DNA of 64,000 nucleotides from positions 26-64,025 of the forward strand of contig NZ_WGDD01000032.1 of assembly GCF_015493435.1 (NCBI RefSeq), written 5' to 3'. The stretch is from Sulfurovum sp. (GTDB lineage: Bacteria > Campylobacterota > Campylobacteria > Campylobacterales > Sulfurovaceae). Numbering within the stretch: the stretch's first letter is position 1; the number at the start of each line of letters is the position of its first letter. Below, piece after piece: positions 54,453-64,000 of this stretch. Made by a program: the position numbers and the translations under genes. The notes below the pieces were generated by a model. It ran no database searches. It worked only from the letters and a program-made list of their open reading frames with translations, and was not told where the DNA came from.

Positions 54453-55580
54453 CTATTCCGACACCGTCACGGTATTGTTCACTTCGATCGGCGTTACCTT
54501 GACCCCCGGAGTGATCGCACGGATCGTTTCAGCCAGTACTCTTTTACCGATGAATTCTTTCGGGAGTATCACCATATCATTAGTGCTGAATACCGGATGG
54601 ATCTGCATGACTTCGATCGTATTGTTGGCATCTACGACATAGACATACTGCCCCTGCTGGTTTTGGTAGACCTGATCGGGATCGACGGCCACTACCGGCA
54701 TTTTGTCAGATATCAACACATCGATGATCACGAAACTGCCGGGGAAAATGACCCTGTCCGGATTATATACTTTTGCCCTGACCGGTACGGTCCCCGTGGA
54801 AGCGTTGGAGACACTGTCGATAAACTCGATCTTCCCTTCCAGTACGATCTTTGTTTTCTTACCGCTCCGCAAATAGACTTTCACACTGGGATTGGTCTGG
54901 GATTTGTATTTCTGGATCACAGCGATCTCTTCTGCAGAGGGATTGAAGTTGACATACAGATACTCGGCATTGACGATTTTGGCCAACTCCGTTCCGGGTT
55001 TAACGATATTGCCTGCCAGTACCATCTCTTTCCCTATCTGTCCATCGATACTTGCTTTGACGTCACAATAGGAGAGATCGAGTTCTGCCGCTTCAAGCGC
55101 AGCTTCATCTGCACGGATCGTCGCTTCAAGCTGCTTTTGCGTGGCCACAAGTTCATCAAGCTTCTCCCTGGGTGCCAACTGCTCCTTCACCAGGGGGCGG
55201 TAACGTTTTACGTTGGCATTCGCCAGTTTCAGGCTGGCCCTGTCCTTCTCCAAAATCGCTTTCTCCTGATCTACGGCTGCCTGATATTTTCTTTTGTCTA
55301 TCACAAAGAGAACCTGATCCTTCTTGACCATATCTCCTGGATTGAAAAGACGCTCTTTAAGCTCCCCTTCCACACGCGAGAGGACCATAACTTCGTCAAC
55401 TGCCTGTGTTTTTCCGGTAAAGGTTCCCCAGATAGGATACACCTCTTTTTTCAGCGTATGGACTTTTACCGCTAATGGTTTTTCTTCTATATCGCTCTGT
55501 TTTGTTTTATCTGTACTGCCGCAGCCATAGAGGAACAGCAGAGAAATAATTGACAATAGTATGGTTCTCTTTTGCAACAT
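54453..55580 (-). CDS. RND periplasmic adaptor (membrane fusion) lipoprotein
   Basis: Lipobox LYG-C, SRVEGEL, G..VKKDQVLF.ID, VKASIDG.IG, TGTV.VRA. Confidence 0.93.
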   Translation of the reverse strand: MLQKRTILLSIISLLFLYGCGSTDKTKQSDIEEKPLAVKVHTLKKEVYPIWGTFTGKTQAVDEVMVLSRVEGELKERLFNPGDMVKKDQVLFVIDKRKYQAAVDQEKAILEKDRASLKLANANVKRYRPLVKEQLAPREKLDELVATQKQLEATIRADEAALEAAELDLSYCDVKASIDGQIGKEMVLAGNIVKPGTELAKIVNAEYLYVNFNPSAEEIAVIQKYKSQTNPSVKVYLRSGKKTKIVLEGKIEFIDSVSNASTGTVPVRAKVYNPDRVIFPGSFVIIDVLISDKMPVVAVDPDQVYQNQQGQYVYVVDANNTIEVMQIHPVFSTNDMVILPKEFIGKRVLAETIRAITPGVKVTPIEVNNTVTVSE

Positions 55581-55664
55581 GGACGTACTGTACCTTCTGT
55601 TTATTTGTAATGATTTTACTTAAAAAGTACTACATGGATGCTGAACGTTGCCTACAGTCGAAGA

Positions 55665-56081
55665 TCACTTCTCCGGCTTATCCGTGATCGTAATGCTGTT
55701 CTTTGTCTTGATAGAACTTTTTCGCTCATCAAAAGCCTTGAGCTCTTTGTCATTCTTCTCTTTGAGCTTTTTGCGCATACGTGCAAATTCTCTCTCTTTA
55801 AATGCAGCGATCTGCTGTTCCAGACTGTCAATGTAGGCATTCAGCTCATCGATCAGGTCCTTGTACTTGTCACAACTCTCGTAAGTGTTGTTGATGACCC
55901 TATTGTCGACAAAAGCCGTATCCACATAAGGTCTGACAATGGGCCTGTCTACAGGACGTACAGGTTCTATGGGGTGCACGGGACGAGGTGGGATGATGGG
56001 TCTTTTGTGCATGGTGACATCTGCATAGGAAGAAATGTTCATTCCGCCCAGCAGAAGAAACAAGAATAGAAACGCTTTCAT
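55665..56081 (-). CDS. Hypothetical secreted protein with a Pro-rich region and coiled coil
   Basis: Signal peptide, RPIIPPRPVHPIEPVRPVDRP, heptad region. Confidence 0.7.
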   Translation of the reverse strand: MKAFLFLFLLLGGMNISSYADVTMHKRPIIPPRPVHPIEPVRPVDRPIVRPYVDTAFVDNRVINNTYESCDKYKDLIDELNAYIDSLEQQIAAFKEREFARMRKKLKEKNDKELKAFDERKSSIKTKNSITITDKPEK

Positions 56082-56345
56082 GAATAATACCTTCTTTTTG
56101 TATCTTGACGGAATTATTATAGCAAATTGTGAAAAGAGTTGTCGTGTTGTTTTGGAAAACAGTACAAGTGCTACTCATCTTACTTATCTTCCTTGGATGA
56201 AACACGAAAATGATTTGTTAAAAGATTCATTGGGGCTTTATAGGCTTAATGACATATCTGGCATAATATCTTATACAAATCTTAAAAGGTGTGTAATGCA
56301 GCAGAATTACCTGACTAACATTATCCAAAAGCGTAAAGGTGTTCG

Positions 56346-57326
56346 ATGAGTAACTATATACCGCCATACGCCATTACATCAAAGATATTGTTGTTGACCA
56401 ATGAGATCACCGAGATGATCACCGAAGTCAGCTCCATCAAAAAAGACAGGACGACACCAATACTACGTAAAAAGAACCGTATCCGCTCCATAACCGGTTC
56501 TTTGCAGATAGAGGGTAATACCCTCAGTGAAGAGGAGGTAACAGCACTCATAGAGGGCAAAAGAGTTCTGGGAAGTGTACGGGAGATAGAGGAAGTCAAA
56601 GGTGCCATCAAATCATATGAGTTGATAGAAGAGTATGATGCTAAAAAGCTTGATGACTTGCTTTTGGCACATAAACGGATGATGGGTGGCATTTTGGAAA
56701 ATGCAGGACACTTTAGAAGTGGCAATGTCGGAGTATATGGCAAAGAGGGTGTCTCTCATGTTGCACCACCGCCATACCGTGTACCTGAGCTTATAGGCGA
56801 ACTGTTTGACTGGCTTGGCAAAACTAAAGAACACCCCTTGGTTGCTAGTTCAGTGTTTCATTATGAGTTTGAATTTATCCACCCTTTCAGTGATGGTAAT
56901 GGGCGTATAGGAAGACTCTGGCAGAGTGTGATACTGGGGAGTTTTCGGGATATTTTTTATTATGTACCTATAGAGAGTGTGGTCAAAGAGCATCAAAAGG
57001 CATATTATGAAGCCCTTGAAGCGGCAGGTAGTGTCGGTGAGAGTACACCTTTTGTAGAGTTTATGCTTGAAAGCATTCATCAATCTGTAAAAGAATTTCT
57101 CGAAGAATACCAAAAAAGTGACCATAAAAGTACCCTGAAAAGTGACCAGAAAATATATGAACTGATGAAAGAAGACCGTACGATCACGATCAAAGAACTT
57201 GCGCTAAGACTCAACATGAGTGAGTCGGGAATCAAAAAAATGATCAACAAACTCAAAAAAGAAGGAAAAATAGAACGGATCGGTAGTGCCAAAGGCGGAA
57301 AGTGGGAGGTGTTAGATGAAGTTTAA
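56346..57326 (+). CDS. Fic-family AMPylase (class II, internal inhibitory helix) with a C-terminal HTH
   Basis: HPFSDGNGRIGR; N-terminal SLQIEGN; ITIKELA.RL.MSESGIKK.I..LK..G. Confidence 0.93.
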   Translation: MSNYIPPYAITSKILLLTNEITEMITEVSSIKKDRTTPILRKKNRIRSITGSLQIEGNTLSEEEVTALIEGKRVLGSVREIEEVKGAIKSYELIEEYDAKKLDDLLLAHKRMMGGILENAGHFRSGNVGVYGKEGVSHVAPPPYRVPELIGELFDWLGKTKEHPLVASSVFHYEFEFIHPFSDGNGRIGRLWQSVILGSFRDIFYYVPIESVVKEHQKAYYEALEAAGSVGESTPFVEFMLESIHQSVKEFLEEYQKSDHKSTLKSDQKIYELMKEDRTITIKELALRLNMSESGIKKMINKLKKEGKIERIGSAKGGKWEVLDEV

Positions 57327-57402
57327 TGGTGGAGACTATCGGGATCGAACCGACGACCTCTTCGCTGCCAGCGAAGCGCTCTCCCAGCTGAGCTAAGCCC
57401 CC
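57327..57402 (-). tRNA. tRNA-Ala(GGC)
   Basis: GGGGGCTTAGCTCAGCTGGGAGAGC-G-CTTCG-CTGGCAG-CGAAG...GGTTCGATCCC...CTCCACCA. Confidence 0.97.
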
Positions 57403-57465
57403 AAAGATTAGGTGAAAAGGATTTTAGCATAAGATGGATAAAACATTACCCATCTTAGTGCATTT

Positions 57466-57747
57466 TTATGAACGTTCTGTGATCTCGAGCAGGTGATAAC
57501 CGAACTGTGTCTTGACGGGACCGTGTACAACACCGACCTCATCATTAAAAACCACCTTGTCGAATTCGGGTACCATCTGTCCCTGTGAAAATGTGCCCAG
57601 CTCCCCGCCTCTTGCGCCTGACGGGCAGGTCGAGTATTTTTTTGCCGCTGCCTCGAACGTGGTTTCGCCCGAGTTGATCTTCTCTTTGAGCTCTTTGCAG
57701 AGCGCTTCGTCGTTCACCAGAATATGTCTTGCACTTGCTGTTGCCAT
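57466..57747 (-). CDS. ppiC: Parvulin-type peptidyl-prolyl isomerase
   Basis: ARHILV, FEAAAKKYSTCPSG..GGELG, MVPEFD, TQFGYHL. Confidence 0.93.
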   Translation of the reverse strand: MATASARHILVNDEALCKELKEKINSGETTFEAAAKKYSTCPSGARGGELGTFSQGQMVPEFDKVVFNDEVGVVHGPVKTQFGYHLLEITERS

Positions 57748-57817
57748 GTTTTTTCCTTTGGAGTATTCAAGTAGGTGAAATACTACGACAATAAGCCTTT
57801 AAAACCGGCATATTCAT

Positions 57818-59470
57818 CTAAGCACTTTCAAAAGCGACCAATTCTCCGCGTTTGAGCCGCGGAATAATATCGGTTTTGATCTTTCGTATCAGGAAGCTCT
57901 TTTTCTCGAAGGGAATGGTCCGGTCGGCAACGATATGTTTAAGTTCCATGTCGTAATGTTTGATCAAAAAGTTCCGAAGCACCCCCTGAAGTTCTGCTTC
58001 ATCCATTACCTGGAAGGTCTCGTCCACTGCCAGTCCCATGAGATGCGGATGTTCTTTTTCTCCGTTGATCAGCGCAGAGAACATGGCGGCATAGCCGCCA
58101 AACATATTGACATCGATGACATCCAGTACCGAGTCGATGAGTTCGGGTTTTTCCAAGAGGGTCTTGAGAATACTCAGCTGTGCCACATCATCTTTTTTCT
58201 GGGAAAAACTCTCTTTAGCCCTGCTTGCCTGTGTCTGCTGCCCGAAAAGCACAGGGGCAACACCCAGCAGTGTCGCAGCCATGGGGATATAGGCATCCTT
58301 GATGATAGGGCTCAGGCCGTCAAGGAACTGTTTGGCAGCCCCGAAGGCCGCCTCTTTGGCACGCGGATCGTTCAGCTCATAGGCATAGATCGTCTTTTCA
58401 AGTACGAAAGGAATGAGCGGTTTGGCCTCACGCAGCAGTTTGGCGACCGATTCACTCTCTCCTTTGGCAATGAGGTCCGCAGGATCCTGGCCGTCCGGAA
58501 AAAGTACTACGCCGCCGTCAAAGCCGGAGACACTCAGCATCTGTGCTGCTTTCAAAGCCGCAGCAACCCCCGCCTTGTCCCCGTCATATGCCAGGATCAC
58601 TTTGGGATCACCCTTTCTGAGCAGAGGCAGGTGTTCGGCCGTCAATGCCGTACCCAGTGTAGCTACCGCTTCGGTAAAGCCTGCCTGATGGAACATTACA
58701 ACATCCAGGTACCCTTCGCAGACGATCAGTTTCTTGTTTTTGTAGATACTCTCTTTTGCCAGATCGTACCCGTAAAGCAGACGTGACTTGTTGAAAAGTT
58801 TGGTCTGAGGAGAATTGATATATTTTGCCGGATGGTTGGTAATGGTACGTCCCCCGAAACCGACAGCCGCCCCGCTCGTAGAGTAGATGGGAAACGTAAT
58901 ACGCTCCACCAGACGGGCATAATACCTTCCGCCCTCACCCTGGGCTATGACACCGGCCTCTACCGCTTTTGGCAGAGGCAGCAGTGCAGAATTGAGGAAA
59001 TTGATCACAGAATTCCCGTCGGGCACATATCCGATCCCGAAACGCTCTATGGAACTCTGGGCGACCCCTCTGTCGAGTAGATACTGTTTTGCCGTGGGGT
59101 TGTTCTCCAGGTTCTTGACATACCAGGTCTGTATGGTCTCGAGTACCCGCTTGGCATCGGAATAGTCCGAACTTCCCTTGGTATAGTTGAGCGAAAAGTT
59201 GTACATGGAAGCCAGTTTTTCGATCGCCTCAGGGTAGGAGAGCTTTTCCAGTTCCATCACGAATTTGATGCTGTCCCCGCCTACACCGCAGCCGAAACAG
59301 TGGTAGATCTGCTTGCTGGGACTCACCACGAATGAGGGGGTCTTCTCGCCGTGGAAAGGACAGTTCGCCTTGTAGTTCGCACCGGCTTTTTTCAGCTCGA
59401 TGAAGTTTCCTATCACATCTACAATATCGATACTGTTCTTGAGGGATTCAATGGAGGCATTATCTATCAT
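57818..59470 (-). CDS. dnaG: DNA primase
   Basis: Zinc finger CPFHGEKTPSF...YHCFGC, KYINSP, EGYLDV, YDGD.AG, DP; start set at MIDNAS. Confidence 0.97.
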   Translation of the reverse strand: MIDNASIESLKNSIDIVDVIGNFIELKKAGANYKANCPFHGEKTPSFVVSPSKQIYHCFGCGVGGDSIKFVMELEKLSYPEAIEKLASMYNFSLNYTKGSSDYSDAKRVLETIQTWYVKNLENNPTAKQYLLDRGVAQSSIERFGIGYVPDGNSVINFLNSALLPLPKAVEAGVIAQGEGGRYYARLVERITFPIYSTSGAAVGFGGRTITNHPAKYINSPQTKLFNKSRLLYGYDLAKESIYKNKKLIVCEGYLDVVMFHQAGFTEAVATLGTALTAEHLPLLRKGDPKVILAYDGDKAGVAAALKAAQMLSVSGFDGGVVLFPDGQDPADLIAKGESESVAKLLREAKPLIPFVLEKTIYAYELNDPRAKEAAFGAAKQFLDGLSPIIKDAYIPMAATLLGVAPVLFGQQTQASRAKESFSQKKDDVAQLSILKTLLEKPELIDSVLDVIDVNMFGGYAAMFSALINGEKEHPHLMGLAVDETFQVMDEAELQGVLRNFLIKHYDMELKHIVADRTIPFEKKSFLIRKIKTDIIPRLKRGELVAFESA

Positions 59471-59549
59471 AGCGGTATTATATCTAATTTGATATAATCT
59501 ACCATATTTTATTTGATCACCCCTGCAAACAAACATATAAAGGCAATTC

Positions 59550-60596
59550 TTGGAAAATATTCTACCTGCATACAATGACCCGCTGTTCAGTATTCTGCTG
59601 ATCATTGTCATTGCACTGATCATCTCTGTCGTCACCTATGCCTGGGGACTTTACAGGCAGCAGAAAGAAGAAGGGAATCTTCTGAAGTTCCTTGAGAAAT
59701 TCGACAGTGCAGAGTGTTCCCTAGATACAGATGATATGCCGTTTGAAACCCATATGTTCAAACCGCTCACCCTGCTTGCCAAAGCATTCGAAAATTCCGG
59801 AGAGTACCACAAGGCGATCAACATTTATCTTTACATCATTAAGAATATCGCTGATGAGCCTGCCAAAATGGAATTGATGGAGCGCCTGGGAAACACTTAT
59901 CTGCATGCCGGATTCCTTGAACGTGCCCGTTCGATCTATACAGAAATCCTCAGAAAGCGCCCACGGAACATAAAAGTGCTTTATGAACTCGGGGTCGTCT
60001 ATGAAATGATGCATCATTACGAAAAAGCCCGGGAGATCATCGAGCCGCTCAATACCCTCAATGAAGACACCCATACGCTGAGTAAGTTCCTTGAACTTTC
60101 CGCACTGATCTCCGACAAGATGCTCCGTGCGGATGAAAAAGCCGAAGCATTGAAAACGATCCTTGAGGAAGAGCCGAAACTCTACCGGCAGATCGTTGAT
60201 ACTCTGCTGAAACTTGATACAACTGCAGCATGGCAAGTCATCGATCCACAGCGCATCAAAGAGGTGATCGACATCCTCTGGTTCTTACCGAATTCACAAC
60301 TCGATTTAGATATAATCACATCTAATGAAACACTCAGTACGCTTTATTATGCCAAAGGATATCTGCAAAAACAGCCGGTAGCCAAAAGCGGATTTTTTGC
60401 ACTCGATATGCTGGCAACAGCCAGAGAAAGCGGATTTGAGAAGGGAGACCTTCTCTTCTCCTATCTGTGTACAAAATGCAAACAGAGCTTCCCGGTCTCG
60501 TTCAGAAGATGTCCGAACTGCATGGCGATAAACTCAGTAGAAGTGGAGGAACAAATTGCAAAAGCAAACCCGCAAACAGATTACTCTCTATTCTGA
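59550..60596 (+). CDS. Membrane-anchored TPR protein with a C-terminal Cys4 zinc ribbon (LapB-like)
   Basis: TM anchor, TPR-like helices, YLCTKC...RRCPNC; TTG start. Confidence 0.8.
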   Translation: MENILPAYNDPLFSILLIIVIALIISVVTYAWGLYRQQKEEGNLLKFLEKFDSAECSLDTDDMPFETHMFKPLTLLAKAFENSGEYHKAINIYLYIIKNIADEPAKMELMERLGNTYLHAGFLERARSIYTEILRKRPRNIKVLYELGVVYEMMHHYEKAREIIEPLNTLNEDTHTLSKFLELSALISDKMLRADEKAEALKTILEEEPKLYRQIVDTLLKLDTTAAWQVIDPQRIKEVIDILWFLPNSQLDLDIITSNETLSTLYYAKGYLQKQPVAKSGFFALDMLATARESGFEKGDLLFSYLCTKCKQSFPVSFRRCPNCMAINSVEVEEQIAKANPQTDYSLF

Positions 60597-60999
60597 CGGA
60601 TCGAGCCTCGGCAATCCGGGTCCGGGCGGCTACGGCGGCATACTGGAATTTCGGGGAAACCGCAAAGAATATTTTGGGGGAGAGAAAGAGACCACGAACA
60701 ACCGGATGGAACTTCGGGGAGTCATTGAAGGATTGAAACTGCTCAAGGAGCCTTGTGAGGTAAAAGTGGTCTCCGACAGTTCCTATGTCGTCAAAGCGAT
60801 CAATGAATGGCTGGAAAACTGGGTTAAAAAAGACTTTAAAAAAGTAAAAAATGTCGATCTCTGGAAAGCCTACCTTGAAGCGGCTGCACCGCACCAAGTA
60901 CATGGCATCTGGGTACGAGGACATAACGGACACCCGGAAAATGAACGCTGTGACGAATTGGCAAGGAATGAAGCTGAACGCATAAAGGCTTCCCTTTAA
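60556..60999 (+). CDS. rnhA: Ribonuclease HI
   Basis: YSDGSSLGNPGPGG, TTNNRMEL, SDSSYV, WVRGHNGHPENERCD. Confidence 0.97.
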   Translation: MQKQTRKQITLYSDGSSLGNPGPGGYGGILEFRGNRKEYFGGEKETTNNRMELRGVIEGLKLLKEPCEVKVVSDSSYVVKAINEWLENWVKKDFKKVKNVDLWKAYLEAAAPHQVHGIWVRGHNGHPENERCDELARNEAERIKASL

Positions 61000-61001
61000 A
61001 A

Positions 61002-61063
61002 GGTACCCACGAGGGGTACCCCTACAGCTATATTGTCGTAGGGGCAATCCTTTATGGTTGCCC
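61002..61063. repeat. Pair of GTAG-type REP palindromes
   Basis: GGTACCCACGAGGGGTACCCCTAC (61002-61025) and GTAGGGGCAATCCTTTATGGTTGCCC (61038-61063). Confidence 0.78.
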
Positions 61064-61096
61064 TTCATAAAATAACAGAATAAAGGAACAAAAACA

Positions 61097-61768
61097 ATGA
61101 ACGATTACAGTCAGCTTGAACAAAGACTGAACTATACATTCAGGAACAAGCAATTGATTATTGAGGCTTTAACGCACAAGAGTTACAAAAAGCCTTACAA
61201 TAATGAGCGGCTTGAATTTCTCGGAGATGCAGTACTTGACCTTGTCGTCGGAGAGTACCTCTTCAAGAAATTTCCAAAATCAGACGAAGGTATCCTCTCC
61301 AAGATAAGGGCTTCGCTTGTCAATGAGAGCGGCTTTACCCTGCTCGCACGCGAAATAAATCTCGGTGCCTACATTTACCTTTCACTGGCAGAGGAGAACA
61401 ATAACGGACGAGACAAACCGTCTCTGCTTTCCAATGCTTTTGAAGCGGTCATCGGAGCTGTTTATCTTGAAGCCGGTCTCCAGACAGTCAAAGAGATATC
61501 GATCAAACTGCTCGAGGAGTGCCATCCCAAAATCGATCTGCAGACACTTTCCAAAGATTACAAAACGGCACTTCAGGAGCTGACACAGGCGACACATGGC
61601 GTCACGCCAAACTATGAGATGCTCGGTTCTTCGGGTCCTGACCATAAAAAAGAGTTCGAGATCGCTGTCATACTTGACAACAAGACCATCGCTTCGGCCA
61701 AAGGGAAAAGCAAAAAAGACGCACAGCAGAAAGCGGCAAAGATCGCCTTAGCGAAGCTGAAAGGATAA
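61097..61768 (+). CDS. rnc: Ribonuclease III
   Basis: [12 protein letters not shown], ds[11 protein letters not shown]...GPDHKK.F...G.SKK.AQQ.AA. Confidence 0.98.
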   Translation: MNDYSQLEQRLNYTFRNKQLIIEALTHKSYKKPYNNERLEFLGDAVLDLVVGEYLFKKFPKSDEGILSKIRASLVNESGFTLLAREINLGAYIYLSLAEENNNGRDKPSLLSNAFEAVIGAVYLEAGLQTVKEISIKLLEECHPKIDLQTLSKDYKTALQELTQATHGVTPNYEMLGSSGPDHKKEFEIAVILDNKTIASAKGKSKKDAQQKAAKIALAKLKG

Positions 61769-61771
61769 ACA

Positions 61772-62845
61772 GTGAACACTTTTGGAAAGAAACTGACACT
61801 CACCACTTTCGGTGAATCCCACGGAAAAGCGATCGGATGCATACTTGACGGTATTCCTGCCGGCCTTACCATAGATGAAGCTTTCATCCAGTCCGAACTC
61901 GACAGACGCAAACCAGGCAAAAGCAAACTGGAGACCGGACGCAAAGAGGATGACAGGGTTGAGATCCTCTCCGGCGTATTTGAAGGCCTGAGTACGGGTA
62001 CGCCCATCGCAATGATCATCTTCAACACCAATCAGAAGTCGAAGGATTACGACAATGTCAAGGACCTCTTCCGTCCGGGACATGCCGATTTCACCTACTT
62101 TCACAAGTACGGACTGAGAGACTACAGGGGCGGCGGACGAAGTTCTGCCAGAGAGACCGCTGCACGCGTGGCGGGCGGGGCCATCGCCAAACTGATGCTC
62201 AAAGAGCTGGGCATGGAGATACAGAGCGGACTGTGCGAAGTGGATGGCATCAAAGGGAACAAGCAGGATTTTGACTATGCGAAAACATCCAAACTCTATG
62301 CGCTTGACCCTGCTGTGGAAGCGGCACAGGAGCAGGCGATACTGACCGCCAAAGAGAAGCACGATTCCGTAGGCGGGGTGGTACTGACCACTGCGACCGG
62401 GGTTCCTGTGGGACTGGGCGAACCGCTCTACTACAAACTCGATGCCATCCTTGCCGAAGCGATGATGGGCATCAATGCCGCCAAAGCGGTAGAAATCGGT
62501 GACGGTATCGCCAGTACCCACCTCAAAGGTTCGCAGAACAATGACGAGATCACACTCAACGGATTTAAAAGCAACCATTCCGGAGGCATACTCGGAGGCA
62601 TCAGCAACGGGGATACGCTCATTGTCAAGACCCACTTCAAACCGACCCCTTCCATTTTTCAGGAACAGCAAACCATTACCACGAACAAGGAAGAAGTAAC
62701 CTGCAACCTCAAGGGACGCCATGACCCCTGTGTCGCCATACGGGGTTCAGTGGTATGCGAAGCTATGATGGCACTCACTCTTGCCGATATGGCTCTGCTC
62801 AATATGGGTAAAAAAATGGATCACCTCAAACGTATCTATGATTAA
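61772..62845 (+). CDS. aroC: Chorismate synthase
   Basis: TFGESHG, RPGHAD, GGGRSSARET, GGILGGIS, KPTPSI, GRHDPCV. Confidence 0.98.
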   Translation: MNTFGKKLTLTTFGESHGKAIGCILDGIPAGLTIDEAFIQSELDRRKPGKSKLETGRKEDDRVEILSGVFEGLSTGTPIAMIIFNTNQKSKDYDNVKDLFRPGHADFTYFHKYGLRDYRGGGRSSARETAARVAGGAIAKLMLKELGMEIQSGLCEVDGIKGNKQDFDYAKTSKLYALDPAVEAAQEQAILTAKEKHDSVGGVVLTTATGVPVGLGEPLYYKLDAILAEAMMGINAAKAVEIGDGIASTHLKGSQNNDEITLNGFKSNHSGGILGGISNGDTLIVKTHFKPTPSIFQEQQTITTNKEEVTCNLKGRHDPCVAIRGSVVCEAMMALTLADMALLNMGKKMDHLKRIYD

Positions 62846-62855
62846 AGGAAATGCT

Positions 62856-64000
62856 ATGAAAAAACTCGCTTTCGGTCTCATCGGACTTGTCCTGATCGCA
62901 GTGATCTATTATTTTATGAACGGGTCGGCACAGATCACACAGGAAGCAAAACAGGAACTCAACCATGCCTTAAGCACACTTCAGCAAAGCGGGTTTTCCG
63001 TCAACGCACGAAAAAGTACCCAAAAGACAGATCATTTCATCATCCGTTTTGACGAACCCGAAAAGATCACACGGTACCTAAACAAACAAGGTGTAGAAAT
63101 GACCCTGGAGGAAGCCAAGGCACTCAAGGGCCTTCAGGTCGGAGTAGAGACACAATATCTGCCTGATCGCTCCACTGCACTTTCACTCAACCTCTATCCC
63201 GTTGCCCTGCCGGACCAGATGATGAAAGACCTCAGCCATGAAGACAAACAGCTGGCAGATCACATTAGGGGAATGCTTGACAAAAGAGCACTGCTGCTCC
63301 ATATAGACTTCAACAAAATGCTCTCGGGTTTCAAAGGCTATGTCAAAGATATCAATGAGACGATCGAAGAAGACGGGGAAAAAGTAAAAGTTGCGGCAAA
63401 AGGTATGACCTTTGAAGGGAATTTCAAAGCAGGCAGGATCCATGAATTTTCCCAGAAGGCCGCACTGGTCTCTCTTGATGCAGACAAAGAGCTTCAGCTC
63501 AAGATCTCCGGGATCGAGGGCCGATACACTGCGACGGGTACCAGCCCCTATGACATCTCTTCACACTATCATGCCAAAACCGTTGCCATCACTTCGGGGC
63601 AGACACTTTCAGTGCTTGCTCAAAATGTAGATAATACCACACAGAACAGTGTACATAACGGCCTGCTCAAAAGTGTCATACGCAGCAAAGCAGAAAGTAT
63701 CGAGATCAGTGAAGCACAAAAGAAACACACGATCCACACTATGCTGTTTGACTTTACTGCCAATAATCTCGATATTGCTGCGATTGAAGCATTGCAGAAA
63801 ACTGATCCCAAAGATAAAACACGCATCAGTCAGCTGACACAGCAGATGCTCTCAAAAGGTATTACCTTCACACTGAATACCCTCTCTGCCAAAAAGATCA
63901 CTGAAAACGGCAGCACGATAGACGGGTTTGACATCAACGGAACTGTCAGTATCGCCAAATCCTTCAATATCAATGCCGCTTCCCAAAATCCTCTCCTTGT
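62856..64000 (+). CDS. Membrane-anchored exported protein, DUF945/YdgA-like (runs off the window end)
   Basis: AAGGA RBS, then MKKLAFGLIGLVLIAVIYYF...; the frame appears open to the end of the window; family call is by resemblance only. Confidence 0.65.
   Translation, partial: MKKLAFGLIGLVLIAVIYYFMNGSAQITQEAKQELNHALSTLQQSGFSVNARKSTQKTDHFIIRFDEPEKITRYLNKQGVEMTLEEAKALKGLQVGVETQYLPDRSTALSLNLYPVALPDQMMKDLSHEDKQLADHIRGMLDKRALLLHIDFNKMLSGFKGYVKDINETIEEDGEKVKVAAKGMTFEGNFKAGRIHEFSQKAALVSLDADKELQLKISGIEGRYTATGTSPYDISSHYHAKTVAITSGQTLSVLAQNVDNTTQNSVHNGLLKSVIRSKAESIEISEAQKKHTIHTMLFDFTANNLDIAAIEALQKTDPKDKTRISQLTQQMLSKGITFTLNTLSAKKITENGSTIDGFDINGTVSIAKSFNINAASQNPLL

Noticed and set aside
1382-62722. Long antisense or alternate-frame ORFs, e.g. 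1382-2248, 4460-5215, 28649-29461, 38861-39814, 48475-49407, 50309-51355, 52845-53720, 54597-55475, 57935-58786, 61748-62722
   Set aside because: Each overlaps a well-supported gene, lacks recognisable motifs and looks like a codon-bias shadow

Overview
A Campylobacterota chromosome segment, most like Sulfurovum in gene content and order (taxonomy is inferred). It carries housekeeping genes (gap-pgk-tpiA, nadD-rsfS, gmk-tatA-argS, mqnP, miaA, nfo, dnaG, rnhA, rnc, aroC) and four tRNA genes. The 15-gene complex I operon has no canonical nuoE/nuoF; it has a NuoX-like protein, a NuoF-C-terminal/GltD-like flavoprotein and two NuoG paralogs with complementary Fe-S motifs. A decayed islet next to tRNA-Arg holds an ardA relic, a surface lipoprotein and an Ig-repeat pseudogene. 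There is an apparently complete N-acetylglucosamine PTS (HPr-EI fusion, EIICB, EIIA, NagA with an ATC start), unexpected in this phylum, and an RND pump plus Fic gene between converging tRNAs. The strongest unannotated signal is at 40.3-43.8 kb. Four promoters there share the exactly spaced architecture GGTAAT-N5-(GGTAA[T/G] or degenerate)-N10-TATA[A/G/C]T. They precede a 67-aa secreted peptide, a 32-aa membrane peptide missed by the ORF track, an ORF-less unit (candidate sRNA) and an OmpR-family regulator/kinase pair, so this looks like a compact autoregulated small-protein/sRNA regulon. All calls come from reading motifs by eye; no database searches were run.
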